Shown here: positions 24,546-35,505 of the stretch, one piece after another
How the letters are laid out: each line of letters starts with the position of its first letter
Position numbering within the stretch: the first letter of the stretch is position 1
DNA from: a virus
Virus record (IMG/VR): IMGVR_UViG_3300045988_115457
DNA length: 60,731 nucleotides
Reading direction: 5' to 3' (one strand)
Translations under genes and position numbers: made by a program
The notes under the pieces: generated by a model
Told to the model about the DNA's origin: nothing
The model's input: only the letters and a program-made list of their open reading frames with translations
Database searches by the model: none

Positions 24546-27500
24546 AATTGTTGCATAACGTGTAAATTAACTACTCTATTTAAGTTGACAACAGTATCGG
24601 TAACTTCTGCTGTTATAAATATTAGAAAGTTCCAAGGTTGAATGGTTACAGTAGCACTACTTTGATAAGTCACCAAGACTCTTTTGGCATAATTAGAATT
24701 ATTCACTACAGTCAACATTTTACGCCTAGGAGAATCGCAAACATATAATACATAATTTCCATCTCCTTCCAGGAATATACAATCAATAGGCTGTCCCGAT
24801 TGTGCGTATTTATGATCTACTGTGTCTGTTCCATAATTATATATGTGAGCAAAAAAATTAGCGGTTGCATTCCAATAAAATGAAAGATAAGTCATCGTTC
24901 GATGTCCAAATTCGCCACGACACCATAGGTCAGAAGCGTAAAATCTCCATGAGCGACTCTCATCGTAGTTATACCCTTGTTGGTATAAATCACCACCAAA
25001 CCATGTACTTGCGAAATCTAAACTTAAAGATGCTGGCGGATTAACATCTGGGTTATTAGGGTCTGGGTCTGGTGAACCAAAAGATATTGATCCAACTTCT
25101 ACCCCTGCCGAATTATTTGCCGTTAGTTTCTTAAATGACCCAATCGCACCTTTAAGGTGGGTTACTTGAAGAGTATCAACATCAATAAACTCCGTCTTTA
25201 TCTTGCCAGCTTCTATGAAAGTCTTTCCGCCTACGTTTATTCCACCGGTTTCTGGAAGAGATATTTTACCGTCAGATGTTAGCTCGACACCTGTTACATT
25301 ATGCTTAATAGAGCCTTCGGTCATTATCCAGCCCTTCGTTTTATCTAAGTTTCCAACAAATATTCCGGAAGAACCGAGAACATCAATCGTCGCATTTTGA
25401 GCAAGAAGGACGTTTGTTGCTATGTTCTCGAACTCGCTGAACTCTTCCCACTTCGTTGAGTCAAAAGAAGTTGTAGACGTATGCGTGATCTTACAAAGTT
25501 TGTTCTGACCGTCATAGATTACTGTATCTATGAATGTCTCATTGTTATAATACTCGGTGTTTTCTTTCCATACTCCACGGGGACGGAGCATTGCACCGGG
25601 TAACCCTGTTTTTCCTTGGCTTCCAGTGATGCAAGCCGGATCGCTTTCCCATGTCGAACCATTCGTATAAGTTACCTTTGTTTTAGTCCATAGGTACTTA
25701 CCATCCTCCCATGTTGGAGACGTGGTAGACCATGCTCCGCCTTCCAATGATGAAGAAGAGATTGACAGGTAAAACAAAACATCAACGGCACTTATCCCTA
25801 CGCCATCGTTTCCGCTTGGTCCCTTTCCACCTGTTACACATACCGGATCTGTCTCTGTATATGTATTGTTAGTGTAGGTGATAACTACACGTGTCCAGAT
25901 GTATTTGCCGTCTTGCCATGCCGGAACAGAAGTCTGCCACGATCCACCGGTAGGCGTGCTGTATGATGTAGACAGGTAATATTGTTCGGCAACACTCTTG
26001 ACTCCGATCCCAGTTTCACCCGTGGAACCGGTAGAGCAGATAGGGTTAGTGGTTGTTGATGTGCTGTCTGTATATGTTATTACTGATCTAGTCCAAATAT
26101 ATTTCCCATTTTCCCATGCCGGAGGCGTTGTGCTCCAAGAACCACCAACCAAAGAATTAGAAGAAGTAGACAGATAATACTCTTCGACAATGCTTAATAT
26201 TCCCCTACCATTATCCCCTGTACTACCCTTACCTCCGGTGATACAAGCGGGATTGGTTTCAATAGACGAACCATCTGTATATACCACTTTAGTTTTGCTC
26301 CAAATGTATTTCCCATCTACCCAAGTTGGTGAGTTTGTAGACCATGAACCACCGGAAAGGGAGGTTGAAGAACTGGATAGGTAATAAAGGACATCAACGC
26401 TCTGTACGCCTTTACCGTCTTTTCCATCCTGTCCATCTTGCCCATCTTCCCCTTTAATCTTTGACCAAGTATAATCAGAGAATACACTACTATCTGCCTG
26501 TATAAAATCTACGTATACACCCATGTATACACCGGGGGTCTCACCATTATTAGCAGTGAAAGTTTTTCCGTCATCAGAGTATTTGATGTGAAGGTAGCTG
26601 GTTTGTCCATTTTCTCCGTTTGTGCCAGGAATACCATCATTTCCTTCAAAGCGTGCCCATGTATATTTAGAAGGGTCGTTACTGCTTGCTTGGACAAAGT
26701 CAACATAAGTACCAATATACTTATTAGGAGTATCGGTCATTTGAGAAGCAGTCGGATTTTCTACAGGCGAATACTTAATATGGAAATAAGATGTCTTACC
26801 ATCAACGCCATCTTTCCCGGGTATACCTTGTGAGCCAGGTTTCCCATCTTCCCCTTTAGAAATAACCTTCAACCAGTCAGTAGAAGAATCTGACGGCTCC
26901 TGCGTAGTCGTAGATTCAATGCAAATCCATGTGCTGCCATTGTGGGTTACTTCGTCATAATACCAATACGTCCCCGCTTTCCATTCACCTTTGAAAGCCG
27001 GAACCGGTACTTCCGTCACACCATCATTTGAAATCTGTTTGATCGTACCGGTCATGTAGATTCTGTTAAGATATGCACTATACCCGGTCATATCTATTCC
27101 AAACAGTTTCAGGTTAGACAAGTCTCCCAACTGCATGGCAATCATATCCTTTGTGATCTCCCAGTTGTTTACACCTTTAAGGAAACGGATATAATTCTGC
27201 GTGGAATAGCTGGACTTCTGGCGTTCCGCATTGGTGAAGTTACCGTAGCAAACAAAGTGCATAGCCTTTTGAGGATGGTAAGTATATCCGCTGCGGAGAA
27301 CGTATTTAAAAGAACCATTATCCAGCTTTTCGGTGATCCGGAAATAGGTTGTCTGAAAGCCTGTGTCATTGTTAAAGTTAGCCTTGCAAATATCATCCAC
27401 TTCAACAGCTGCAACCTCGCCCGGTTCAAGCTTCAGGTAAACGATGCTGTTCTCTTCGTCCACTGATTCGATTATACCGCCTCCGGGTGCGTTCCATTCC

Positions 27501-30310
27501 TCACCCGTGATAACTGATACCCGGTTATATCGCAATTCCGGCACTTCAAGGAAATCACGTAGGCGCAACGATTTCGCATCTATATCACCGGTTGGCGTTA
27601 TCAGCCAGCCAAGTAACTTTTCAGCATAATCAACAGAAGATATATTGCCGGAGAAAGCGGCATTATTGGCTGTAAGCTTATCAAGCACCTTTACAATATT
27701 GCTGCTCAATTCTGTTGCAGTTATCGTGTCCGTTACAATACCTTTGGTAACGTTAATGCCGTTCAGGAATGAAATAAGCCCTAGGGCTGTGTCATCTTTC
27801 GTCTTACTTATAGCATAAGCTATAATCTCCTGAAGCACTCTCTTTGCAGAGAATACGTTTCTGTCAGACGGGATTGTCTTGTCATTAACCCCAATAACAT
27901 ACACACTCGTTCCACCGCCTCCAACAGCAGAACCGGAATAGGTTTGTCCCTTGTAAGTAAGGGAATCAAGCTTGCTCTCTATCTCACCGATACGGGAATA
28001 TGAGGCAGTTTCACCGACTGTATAAACTGGGTGATCGTAAGGAATATCCAGCGGCCACTCGAAACCGATTATTCTTGATTGTCTGCCTTCCGGGAAAAAT
28101 GCCTTATTTATCAGGTTGACTTTAGCCCCGACTTCGTATGTACGAATATTACCCTTATTGTAGATAAAATCAGCATCCATCTCACAATCGTAGGTGGACG
28201 GGTCAATCATGGATTTCTTTACGTACTCCTTTGCCTTTTTGAGTAGATCCTGCTCTGCGTCCGGCGATATCTGTTCGGAGATGTATGCGGGATCAAAGCC
28301 GTAAAGGATATATGTGTCTGCGGGGACTTCTTCACCGTCCTCCATGTGTGCGGTTTGCGGATAAAGAACATCATCCGGGAGAAAGCGACCGTAATCCTCA
28401 TTGCGGACAATTTCGAAGGTTGTTCCGGTGTTATCGCTTTCTACAATATTGATAGCAAAGTCCATCCCGGCAAGCTTGCCAGTCTGGAATATCATGTGAA
28501 GTTCCTCACCATCCAGCCTGAAATCTTCTGTAAAGTTCTTCAGTCCCGTATCTTTGAAATTGTAGATCCGATATTCCTTATCGTTATCGTCTACCTTATT
28601 ATCGTAGCTGATGCTGGATATTGTACCCTTGTATTGCGGATATTCATCCTCAAATATAACAATCTCTTCGATTGCCTCCTCTTCCGGCATTTCCACGTTA
28701 TTCGGATCATCGTAATTTTCATCTCCAATGTTGATACGTTCACCGGTCGGGCTGTATTTATAAGCGTCTACATAAGAAATACCCTCCGGAAGCATAAGGC
28801 GTTTCTGAACAACTCCGTTAAGGGTCATTTCCTTGTCATCCTTACTGAAGTAGTTATCGGGGACTTTACCGCTTATGATGTTGTTAATGGTGTACCGATT
28901 ACCTGAAGAGGCGGTTACACCTTCCGGTAGTTGGATAACGTTTGCTGCGTCACCGGTTAAAAGGTCGGGATTGTAAACAGCAGCAAACGTCTGTCCGGCA
29001 TTTGCACCGGAAAGGAATGTTACGGAAGTCGTTGCAGAAGAACCGCCATACACGTTAATATCGTATGTTACATACGCCTGGAAAGTCGATAACAGCTCGG
29101 AAGAAGCTGGAGCTGGTACGTGAACGTATACCCTTACTTTTAAATCAGAACTGTTTTTGTCGATAACCAACGTGTCGGAAACCTGTATTTTAGACACAAT
29201 CTCATATTGTTGATTTTGGGCTAATGAAACGGTCTGATTACCAATAATCACCTCTTTTGATTCCCCGGAAACATTATAGATATATGACGCCTTCAATATA
29301 TAATCTCCTGCCGGGAGCAAAGCACGGTTCCCTATTTGCGGGACGGCTGTTGATATATTGATTGAAATTCCTTCCGAAACAACTTTATAAGAACCACCCT
29401 TGGCTGATGAAGCTAAAGCTTTGTCAAGTGTCCATTCTGTATAAGAGGGAGTAAAAGGTCCGCTGCCTTCGTTGCTACTAGCGGTATAGTCTTCCTTATA
29501 TGTAACTCGTGACGGAAAGTAGCTTATTTTGAGCGGTCTTGACGTATCGGATATATTACGTCCATCAACTTCTTTAACGTCGAATATCAATTCTTTCCGG
29601 TAACTGGAAGGAATGTTGCGGGTGGAACCGAAAGCGTAGATACGGGTCGCATAAGTGGTCTGGCTGTCGCTGCGTGTCATGCTGTTGACATTCACATTTT
29701 CTGTGTCTGTCAAGTCACCGGCTTTGAAATCAACAGGTGAGCTGTATTCACAACGTCCGAGATGAATAACATGCTCTGTTATCCACCATTCACACTCCCA
29801 AGTCTCCGCCATCTGTGTGAGAGCGTCGATCAGATTTACGTTATCGTAGGAAACGAGCTTGGAAGTGTTTTCTACTGTGCTGTCAATGTCCCAAGTAAAA
29901 TCCAGATCCCTGAATTTATAGCCAAGAGCTTTCAGGTTATCCAGAAAAACATTTAAATGCGTGTCAAGGGTAGCGGTAAGATTCCATGCTGCTTCGCGTC
30001 CGGTGGTTTCCGGTGTATAGAAAAACTTCTTGTTCTTCCATTTCCAGTAATAAGCATCAAGGCGGAGTTCGTAGTCGTATGCACCTGTCGTTGTATTGTA
30101 GGTAGGCTTATACAGGTCTACAAGCTCGAATATTCCCAACTCATTGTCTACGTAGTCACCTAGTTTGAAATAAACCGGATTGGAAAGGCTAAATGGCAAA
30201 GTGATATAATCTTCCTGCATCAAAAGGAAGTGTCTTTTCGAACCCTCATTGATAGTAGTCGAAAAGCGAATGTTGCCGGATATGTCTTTGATGTCTACTA
30301 ATTCTGCCAT
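24542..30310 (-). CDS. giant tail / host-specificity protein (1922 aa) with collagen-like triplets and tandem beta-domains
   Basis: Uninterrupted 5.8-kb ORF after the tape measure and Dit-like gene. GKPGSQGIPGKDGVDGK-type G-X-Y runs. Four ~62-aa repeats (..GGSWST..P.W.DGKYIW....V.YT..). Confidence 0.85.
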   Translation of the reverse strand: MAELVDIKDISGNIRFSTTINEGSKRHFLLMQEDYITLPFSLSNPVYFKLGDYVDNELGIFELVDLYKPTYNTTTGAYDYELRLDAYYWKWKNKKFFYTPETTGREAAWNLTATLDTHLNVFLDNLKALGYKFRDLDFTWDIDSTVENTSKLVSYDNVNLIDALTQMAETWECEWWITEHVIHLGRCEYSSPVDFKAGDLTDTENVNVNSMTRSDSQTTYATRIYAFGSTRNIPSSYRKELIFDVKEVDGRNISDTSRPLKISYFPSRVTYKEDYTASSNEGSGPFTPSYTEWTLDKALASSAKGGSYKVVSEGISINISTAVPQIGNRALLPAGDYILKASYIYNVSGESKEVIIGNQTVSLAQNQQYEIVSKIQVSDTLVIDKNSSDLKVRVYVHVPAPASSELLSTFQAYVTYDINVYGGSSATTSVTFLSGANAGQTFAAVYNPDLLTGDAANVIQLPEGVTASSGNRYTINNIISGKVPDNYFSKDDKEMTLNGVVQKRLMLPEGISYVDAYKYSPTGERINIGDENYDDPNNVEMPEEEAIEEIVIFEDEYPQYKGTISSISYDNKVDDNDKEYRIYNFKDTGLKNFTEDFRLDGEELHMIFQTGKLAGMDFAINIVESDNTGTTFEIVRNEDYGRFLPDDVLYPQTAHMEDGEEVPADTYILYGFDPAYISEQISPDAEQDLLKKAKEYVKKSMIDPSTYDCEMDADFIYNKGNIRTYEVGAKVNLINKAFFPEGRQSRIIGFEWPLDIPYDHPVYTVGETASYSRIGEIESKLDSLTYKGQTYSGSAVGGGGTSVYVIGVNDKTIPSDRNVFSAKRVLQEIIAYAISKTKDDTALGLISFLNGINVTKGIVTDTITATELSSNIVKVLDKLTANNAAFSGNISSVDYAEKLLGWLITPTGDIDAKSLRLRDFLEVPELRYNRVSVITGEEWNAPGGGIIESVDEENSIVYLKLEPGEVAAVEVDDICKANFNNDTGFQTTYFRITEKLDNGSFKYVLRSGYTYHPQKAMHFVCYGNFTNAERQKSSYSTQNYIRFLKGVNNWEITKDMIAMQLGDLSNLKLFGIDMTGYSAYLNRIYMTGTIKQISNDGVTEVPVPAFKGEWKAGTYWYYDEVTHNGSTWICIESTTTQEPSDSSTDWLKVISKGEDGKPGSQGIPGKDGVDGKTSYFHIKYSPVENPTASQMTDTPNKYIGTYVDFVQASSNDPSKYTWARFEGNDGIPGTNGENGQTSYLHIKYSDDGKTFTANNGETPGVYMGVYVDFIQADSSVFSDYTWSKIKGEDGQDGQDGKDGKGVQSVDVLYYLSSSSTSLSGGSWSTNSPTWVDGKYIWSKTKVVYTDGSSIETNPACITGGKGSTGDNGRGILSIVEEYYLSTSSNSLVGGSWSTTPPAWENGKYIWTRSVITYTDSTSTTTNPICSTGSTGETGIGVKSVAEQYYLSTSYSTPTGGSWQTSVPAWQDGKYIWTRVVITYTNNTYTETDPVCVTGGKGPSGNDGVGISAVDVLFYLSISSSSLEGGAWSTTSPTWEDGKYLWTKTKVTYTNGSTWESDPACITGSQGKTGLPGAMLRPRGVWKENTEYYNNETFIDTVIYDGQNKLCKITHTSTTSFDSTKWEEFSEFENIATNVLLAQNATIDVLGSSGIFVGNLDKTKGWIMTEGSIKHNVTGVELTSDGKISLPETGGINVGGKTFIEAGKIKTEFIDVDTLQVTHLKGAIGSFKKLTANNSAGVEVGSISFGSPDPDPNNPDVNPPASLSLDFASTWFGGDLYQQGYNYDESRSWRFYASDLWCRGEFGHRTMTYLSFYWNATANFFAHIYNYGTDTVDHKYAQSGQPIDCIFLEGDGNYVLYVCDSPRRKMLTVVNNSNYAKRVLVTYQSSATVTIQPWNFLIFITAEVTDTVVNLNRVVNLHVMQQL
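25590..26870 (-). repeat. in-frame tandem domain repeats separated by collagen-like linkers inside the 1922-aa gene
   Basis: Two SY(F/L)HIKYS...Y(T/W)W modules, then four YYLS(T)S..L.GG.WST..P.W.DGKYIWT... modules, each bounded by G-X-Y triplets. Confidence 0.8.
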
Positions 30311-30364
30311 ATCACAAAGTTCGCAGATAGAAACGTCAAAACATAAAATCCGGCAATTCTATAA

Positions 30365-30386
30365 ACCACAATTTGCCTATTGTGGT
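30365..30386. repeat. palindromic hairpin family copy 1 (ACCACAAT-N6-ATTGTGGT)
   Basis: Perfect 8-bp arms in the gap between the Dit-like and giant tail genes. Related copies at 40283, 47768 and 53233. Confidence 0.75.
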
Positions 30387-30390
30387 AATT

Positions 30391-30804
30391 TTACTCTCTA
30401 TTACCCGGATTTGGCTCGTTAAGCTTTACCGAAATCTTTGAAAACGTCCTTGCCGTATTGAAACCGAAAGACTGTGAACGGGTGTAATATAGATGATAAA
30501 CCTCCTCTCCTAAGGCGGGAACCTTGACAGTAAATTCCCCTTTTGTAATCTCATTCAGAAATGCCTTATACTTGGTGATGTAGTCAGACGGAGAACTTCC
30601 TTGTAGGGTAAAGGTTAGTGTTAGATCCCGTTCGTCAATCTTCCGATTGGCTATAATTATTTTCTTTCCGTCCTGTAAACGGGATTTATTCTCTATAACT
30701 TCTTTCATTGGAAACGGAGCGTAGATAGCTTCAATGAACCCATCTCCCATTCTCACGCCCCACGTTGCGAAAGCGTCTTTATTGTTAATTAATAAGTCGA
30801 CCAT
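30391..30804 (-). CDS. distal tail protein-like (by position)
   Basis: 137-aa ORF immediately after the tape measure gene. Confidence 0.4.
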   Translation of the reverse strand: MVDLLINNKDAFATWGVRMGDGFIEAIYAPFPMKEVIENKSRLQDGKKIIIANRKIDERDLTLTFTLQGSSPSDYITKYKAFLNEITKGEFTVKVPALGEEVYHLYYTRSQSFGFNTARTFSKISVKLNEPNPGNRE

Positions 30805-30807
30805 ATA

Positions 30808-33800
30808 TTATAATTTTGATGTATTTCGTTTAACTTCAGCAATATCCGTCTCAATATTCTTCAATGACTTGTTCATGCTTGTTGTATCATCATGAATACC
30901 AGTCAACTCTTCATAAGAAAGCCGTAACAAATCCCGTGTCTCACTAGCAATATCTTTTATCCCTGTGGTATTGGCAATAATAGGCAGCATATCCGCTCTC
31001 AATTCAAGAATAGACATCGTTTGTAGCTGATTCTGATTCTTGATTTCTTCTCCGGCAATTTGCAAAGCAGTGAAACGTCCGTTAAGTTCGTCGATTGAAT
31101 CCTGTGACGCAGTGGCAAAGCCTTTCTTTGAAGCTTCTTGGGATGAAGAAGAAGAACCACCAACAATGGCATCAATATTCTTCGCTTCTTCTGTAGCAGC
31201 TCTTATAATATCATTCCAATCTTTTCTAAGGTCGCTTATCTCTTCTGCTGTTAAATCAAGTTTTCCGTTTTCGTCACTATCAGCCAAAAGGGTATATTTT
31301 TTATAAAATTCTTGTGCTTTACCTCTTAGTTGATCTATTACAAACGATTGCAACAAAGCGTTGCGCATTATCTCTTCAAAATCTTCTCCAAAGTCGGCAA
31401 TTCCTCTTTTCCCACCTTTTAGTCCTTCCAGTATTGCTTCTTCGAGACCTTGTGAAGTCGTTTGAAATAAATCCTCGTTTAGAGTCTCTTCTAGCTCCTT
31501 GGTCTGGTCGTTGAACTCTACAAATTTGTCAATAGCTTGTTGCAGCCATTCTGGTAACTTAGACCAGATGTCGGCATTGCTTTTCATCGCCCAAATCGCT
31601 TCTTCAGATATAAGTTTATTTTCTAAATCATATCCTCCATTAGCTTGTATAAAATCAAAAATTTCTTTAGCTTGCGGACCTCCAAAGGCGTATTCGGTCA
31701 TAGCGTGAGAAAATTTACCATAATTGAAAAGTTGTGCAAGTCCGAAAGTTGTATAATCAACATCACCAACAGGCATAGATTTAACTATGTCTTTGTATGC
31801 CTTCTCTCTGGCTTTTTCAAGTGTTGTTAATGATTGGGTAGCTGTTGCAAAATAATCATTCCCTGCGGCTTCTTTGAGCAACTCCAGATAACGTTCTACT
31901 TGATAATTGATAGAATCCCAATATCCTTCCTGTCTACGTTGATATTCAATATTTCTTTCTTGTTCTGCTTTTGTAGAATCAAAGGCATTCATTACAGTAC
32001 CCACTAACGTAGTTATGATCCCAACAATTCCGCTAATGCCTTTCACTGTGTCACCGGCGGACTTTTCACCAGTTTTGCCGAATACTTCAAATGCTGTGAT
32101 GCCGTCATTTATAATATCTACCGCTTTTTGGATGCCTTCTCCCAGTTCATCGGAAAAAGTAGTTCCAAGAGAAGATAGAGAAGCCCCTAATGTTGAAATA
32201 TTACTCTTTATAGATTCGCTAGCTTGTTCCACATTACTCCATGAAGTAAAGGCTCCCTGTTTATCCCCTTTCTTTATTGCTTTCTGATACTTTTCATATT
32301 CTTCTTTCAATGTCTTGAAAGGGTTGCGAGCTACAAGGTTTTGGCGAGCACTATTAATGGTATCCATCATAGCTTTCATATCTGTAGCTGACAAGTTTGT
32401 AGACTTGACAAGTTGTTCAGCATCAGATAATAATTTTTCAAGTGTATCTGTAGGTAATGCATCAACGTCTCCCATTAACATTTTCCAAATGCCAGAATCT
32501 TCGATTTCGCTTTTTGAGATAGAATCTATAGTTTTCTTACGCTGTTTTTCTAGTTCTTTTAATGCATCTTCATATTGTTTCTTTTCAGAATCGCTTTTAG
32601 CTTTTACTAATCCGTCCCTAAGTTTCTTTTCATCGTCTTGATACTGCTTCTCTATAGCTATGCGTTGAGCTGAATAATCACGATATTTATCTAGTATAGA
32701 ATTTAATTCCTTACTTACATCGGCTATATCTTTCTCTCTTTTATTTTCAGCATTAGTATAACGAGCGGAAATTTCAACAGACTGCTCCGAAGTCAACTTT
32801 CCACCCTGTCTTTCACTCAAATCTTTTTCTTGCTTTTTGATGGCGTCAAGTTCCTTTTGATAATCAAGATCAATCTGTTTCAGCTTTTTCTCTGTGCCCT
32901 CTTCCATAAGGTCGATTTCAGCCTGCTGATTTTGGCGACGGAGAGACAAAAGATCTTCGTTTAGTTTCTCCTGCTCTTTCTTTCGTTTTTCAGCCTCTTT
33001 TTCGGCCATCTTCTGTTCTTTAGAGGAATCCCCATAAACTTTTAACTGTTTTTCTGCTTCAGCCTTATCTTTTACAGCCTTTTTATATGAATCCACAACA
33101 GCCCTATCTATACCCAACCCATAAAGATCTTTTTTTGAATTTTTCGATGCTTCATCCAAAACTTTTTTTTGTTCAGATGTTATTTGTTTCAATGCATTAT
33201 CGGCTATCTCAACCTGTTGTTGCCAATAATCATAGGTTCCTTCTTTAGGTTGAGGGAATAAATCTAAAGTAGAAATATGATTTTCTATAACAGCCATATT
33301 TTCATCATACTTCTTAACCGTATTTATAGCATCTACATAGACTTTCTTTTCTTTATTCCAATTATCAACAGCATTTAAATACCTAACTCTTGCAGATGAT
33401 AAAACCTGCGAAGACGTTTGTCCTTTATCATATTCTCTCTGTACTCGTTCATATTCTCTCTGCGCAACTGACATTTCAAGACCGGCATCATATAAAGTTT
33501 TCTTTTGATTTAACCGTTTTATTTCTTCGTCTTCTCTTTTGATAGACATATCAGCTAATGTGTCTTCATATTTTCGTGCAATTGCACTATTGCGAATTTC
33601 TTTAGTTAATTCCTTGTAAGCTTTATTTAATTTATCTATACTTACTTTTTCGCCCTCCAGTATATCACTATGAGTCTTATAATTTTTAACCCACTCACGA
33701 ACAGCCGCATTCCTCTCTGTAGTGGAAAGAGTTACATTTTTTAATTTGTTATACAGAATATCAAGTTGAGTTTGCTCTTTGGCTATGCTAGACCATGCGG

Positions 33801-34878
33801 ACTTTCTAGCCAATGCCATTTCTTGTTCGGCTGAAAGCAAATCAAGGGTGACATCTCTTGCTTTTCCTAAACTTCCAATCCATTTAATTACATCTTTCCC
33901 GTATACAGAAAGCAAAGTCAGCCCAACAACAAGAGCGGTCTGCCAACTTAAAATAGATCTTGTAAGCTGTTGCCATACGGGAGCAACAGCCTTGACATCT
34001 TTATTTCCTGCTTTTAATTCTGCCTTGAAATTTGCATATTCTTTTCTAACTTTTGCTATTTCATCAACTAATATCGGAAGGTTATTTGATATTGCAAGAA
34101 AAAAAGTATTTGCATTTACAGCTAGTGAAGGAAGTTCACGGGCTACCTGTTGCACTGAATTACCGAGTCCATTCCATGCACTTGCATAATTACCTACATT
34201 TCTCTGAAATCTTCCAGAAGCTTGCTCTGCTGCATTTAATTCCTTTTGAACGTTCGATATTTGGGTTAGCAATGCTTTTCCGGCATCTCCTCCCCTTCTT
34301 ACCCGTCCAAGATCATCGTAATCCTTTATCAAAAGAATTAATTGCTTTCTTAATGCCGTAATACTACCTTCTTCTGCATTACTTTGAATTATCTGATCTT
34401 TTTGTGCTTTAATCGTTTTTCTGACAGCTTCTTCCTCTACCAGCCTTTGAGCAGCTAATTGTTGAATCTGGCGAATTTTTGCTGTACCAGTATCTCCTAC
34501 TTTCTCTTCATCAGAAAGCGCACTAAAATCTTTCTTTAATTGCTTTATCTGCCTATCTGCCTCCTTAACTGATTCTGTATTGGCGATAATCCATTTATTA
34601 GTAGACTGCAAAGCAGAAGTTTCTTCTTTTACTCTTTTAACCGTACTACTAGAAGAATCAATATCGTATTTTATCTTCTGTAATTTTGCATAGCTGTCTT
34701 TATATTCAGATAGTTTCTTTGTTGCTCTATCTATTTCACTTTCTAACTGTTTTATTGCCGCATCGCTATTGGGTACACTTGCAATCTCAATAAGAGATTT
34801 TTTTAATTTATCTATCTCCTGACGCAGTTTGACTATATTTTTAAGGTCAATATCTGCATTAAATTTCATTCCTGCCAT
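30808..34878 (-). CDS. tail tape measure protein
   Basis: 1356 aa, highly alpha-helical/coiled-coil, with an internal hydrophobic block. Follows the chaperone genes. Confidence 0.88.
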   Translation of the reverse strand: MAGMKFNADIDLKNIVKLRQEIDKLKKSLIEIASVPNSDAAIKQLESEIDRATKKLSEYKDSYAKLQKIKYDIDSSSSTVKRVKEETSALQSTNKWIIANTESVKEADRQIKQLKKDFSALSDEEKVGDTGTAKIRQIQQLAAQRLVEEEAVRKTIKAQKDQIIQSNAEEGSITALRKQLILLIKDYDDLGRVRRGGDAGKALLTQISNVQKELNAAEQASGRFQRNVGNYASAWNGLGNSVQQVARELPSLAVNANTFFLAISNNLPILVDEIAKVRKEYANFKAELKAGNKDVKAVAPVWQQLTRSILSWQTALVVGLTLLSVYGKDVIKWIGSLGKARDVTLDLLSAEQEMALARKSAWSSIAKEQTQLDILYNKLKNVTLSTTERNAAVREWVKNYKTHSDILEGEKVSIDKLNKAYKELTKEIRNSAIARKYEDTLADMSIKREDEEIKRLNQKKTLYDAGLEMSVAQREYERVQREYDKGQTSSQVLSSARVRYLNAVDNWNKEKKVYVDAINTVKKYDENMAVIENHISTLDLFPQPKEGTYDYWQQQVEIADNALKQITSEQKKVLDEASKNSKKDLYGLGIDRAVVDSYKKAVKDKAEAEKQLKVYGDSSKEQKMAEKEAEKRKKEQEKLNEDLLSLRRQNQQAEIDLMEEGTEKKLKQIDLDYQKELDAIKKQEKDLSERQGGKLTSEQSVEISARYTNAENKREKDIADVSKELNSILDKYRDYSAQRIAIEKQYQDDEKKLRDGLVKAKSDSEKKQYEDALKELEKQRKKTIDSISKSEIEDSGIWKMLMGDVDALPTDTLEKLLSDAEQLVKSTNLSATDMKAMMDTINSARQNLVARNPFKTLKEEYEKYQKAIKKGDKQGAFTSWSNVEQASESIKSNISTLGASLSSLGTTFSDELGEGIQKAVDIINDGITAFEVFGKTGEKSAGDTVKGISGIVGIITTLVGTVMNAFDSTKAEQERNIEYQRRQEGYWDSINYQVERYLELLKEAAGNDYFATATQSLTTLEKAREKAYKDIVKSMPVGDVDYTTFGLAQLFNYGKFSHAMTEYAFGGPQAKEIFDFIQANGGYDLENKLISEEAIWAMKSNADIWSKLPEWLQQAIDKFVEFNDQTKELEETLNEDLFQTTSQGLEEAILEGLKGGKRGIADFGEDFEEIMRNALLQSFVIDQLRGKAQEFYKKYTLLADSDENGKLDLTAEEISDLRKDWNDIIRAATEEAKNIDAIVGGSSSSSQEASKKGFATASQDSIDELNGRFTALQIAGEEIKNQNQLQTMSILELRADMLPIIANTTGIKDIASETRDLLRLSYEELTGIHDDTTSMNKSLKNIETDIAEVKRNTSKL

Positions 34879-35306
34879 GTGATTTTTACATTATCGTTAC
34901 CAAATGACTGTTTTAATTCTTTATCTAAAGTTAGGCTTGCCGAATCCAGAACATCAAAACCTTTACTAGACACAAAACTTGCATATTCCATTCCATCCGC
35001 CACAACAACACCGTCTTTAGGCTTACTTCCAAAGATCAGCATTGCCTCTGTCCTGTTCTTCGCCAGTGAATGTTCTCCATCGGCAGGGATATAGAGGTCT
35101 ACAATCTTTCCATCCCTGACAATAGCAGCACCGGGAGCATTGCGAAGGTTCCAAGTATGGTTTTGATAGGCTTTCTTATTACTAACATTGCGTTCCTTCT
35201 GCATATAGACGGCTCTTTGAGCTGCTTCTTTCATCAATTCGGTAGCATTCTCATTTACTTCTTCGACGAATTCATCAAGACCGGACAAATCCACTGTTAC
35301 TTTCAT
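34866..35306 (-). CDS. HK97 gp10-like tail component
   Basis: QNHTWNLRNAPGAAIV...MEYASFVSSKGFDV resembles the gp10-family pattern (TGNLRRSI...YAPYVE). Confidence 0.4.
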   Translation of the reverse strand: MKVTVDLSGLDEFVEEVNENATELMKEAAQRAVYMQKERNVSNKKAYQNHTWNLRNAPGAAIVRDGKIVDLYIPADGEHSLAKNRTEAMLIFGSKPKDGVVVADGMEYASFVSSKGFDVLDSASLTLDKELKQSFGNDNVKITWQE

Positions 35307-35494
35307 TATTCATCAAACTTAACTTTTCCTTTAAAGAAATCCTCATCCGATACTTCTGTTAGTACCTCCCCATCATATACGGTATGTAACTTATCTTTTT
35401 GCATAATAACCAAATTGCGATATGGTATTTTATAAACTACTTCATCATAAGAGAGATGAAGATTTTCCATGAACGACGCAATTTGTCCTAACAT
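35306..35494 (-). CDS. tail assembly chaperone, T segment (probably expressed as a G-T fusion by -1 frameshift)
   Basis: Its frame is -1 relative to the upstream G gene and stays open upstream through the slippery site at 35566-35572. Confidence 0.55.
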   Translation of the reverse strand: MLGQIASFMENLHLSYDEVVYKIPYRNLVIMQKDKLHTVYDGEVLTEVSDEDFFKGKVKFDE

Positions 35495-35505
35495 ACAATC
35501 ATTCC

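Noticed and set aside
24542-30310. Diversity-generating retroelement targeting the repeated C-terminal modules of the giant tail protein
   Set aside because: No reverse transcriptase ORF occurs anywhere in the genome. The repeats are in-frame domain duplications that have diverged at many residue types, not a template/variable pair differing at adenines.
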